A DNA stretch of 64,000 bases, taken from contig RSEE01000053.1 in assembly GCA_003971905.1 (NCBI GenBank), positions 124,001 to 188,000 on the forward strand. Reading direction: 5' to 3'. The stretch comes from Moniliella sp. 'wahieum' (lineage: Eukaryota). Every line of letters begins with the position of its first letter. Position 1 is the first letter of the stretch. A model generated the notes under the pieces. It saw nothing but the letters and a program-made list of their open reading frames with translations, made no database searches and was not told the DNA's origin. Made by a program: the position numbers and the translations under genes. Positions 63,231 to 64,000 of the stretch are shown here, piece after piece.

Positions 63231-64000
63231 CTCCAATTCGCAACCTGGGCGGCCGCGCCACAGTCCTAGTCAATCCCAACGCCGCCCGATCCTTGCCCAG
63301 CCAGGCTTCACTTCAAGCCGGCTCTCCATCTCTTGTCGACTTTCACGTTCATTTTCGTCTCACGACGCCATCCCCTGCCTTACTCCCATCTTCCATCTTC
63401 TCCAGGCACCCTCTTGCCATCCAGTGTGTCCGTTAACAGCCTGGCGCATTGAGCGAGTCCCCGGTTGCGTACAGTTCTGGCTTCCAACCCTTCTACTCCC
63501 CAAGCGCCCTGATCGTCATCAGGCTTCCAGTTCCAAACGCCATTGACCAACACTTGCTCTGCAAGCCCAACTCGAACCCCCGCATCGCCCCAGCTTCTGG
63601 TGGAGGCAGTTCCTGTTCGCATTGCGTTCAGAGTCCCTAGCACACTGCACACTCGGCTCGCTGCGCTTCCGCTGCTGCTGGCGATCGGTCTGTTAGTAAT
63701 CACTCAGTTCCGGGTTCCACCCTCATCCTGCATTCCTAACCATTCTCTCGTTTGCAACCGCAGGCCATGCATCCACTGAGTGGTACTCCGGACGATGTTC
63801 AGGCCAGCAGTGCACCTGACCCGCCCCCACACACTGGTCCTGCCTCGGCAACCAACCCACCAAACCCCCACCCCGGATAGCCCCACCTTCGCTTCTGGCC
63901 CCTCGCCTCTCGAGGCTGTCGCTTCACCCCAGCCTCATCCACCTGAAGAGGAATCTCCTTCCGACCCTCCAGCCCGACGGCGCGGGGGTAAGGCCGCTTC

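Noticed and set aside
63380..64000. Start of a gene or TE ORF at the window edge
   Set aside because: Stops in all frames and no recognisable motif.

Overview
Fungal nuclear DNA, probably from a basidiomycete (inferred from GT-AG introns with CTRAC/CTAAC branch sites, a fungal APSES factor, a complex I subunit and a SNAPC3-like gene). It holds about 19 protein-coding loci (Gpx, condensin Brn1, MBF/SBF APSES-ankyrin factor, MATE, RhoGAP, Tea4/Bud14-like SH3-RA, mucin-like, RidA, CENP-W-like, Mn-SOD, cytochrome b5-like, C2H2 finger, two PQ-loop genes, SNAPC3-like, NDUFS2, two unknowns), two intron-containing tRNAs and decayed non-LTR retrotransposon relics. Nearly all genes, including essential ones, carry 1-bp frameshifts, which suggests an unpolished long-read assembly, so gene ends are approximate. 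The most unusual signal is non-coding: intergenic DNA, especially a ~7 kb gene-free tract at 56.1-63.2 kb, is full of period-7 arrays with one grammar, a TNA hinge (TGA/TCA/TTA/TAA) plus a 4-bp palindrome. I found 15 of the 16 possible palindromes, and some arrays switch palindrome while the hinge stays in register.
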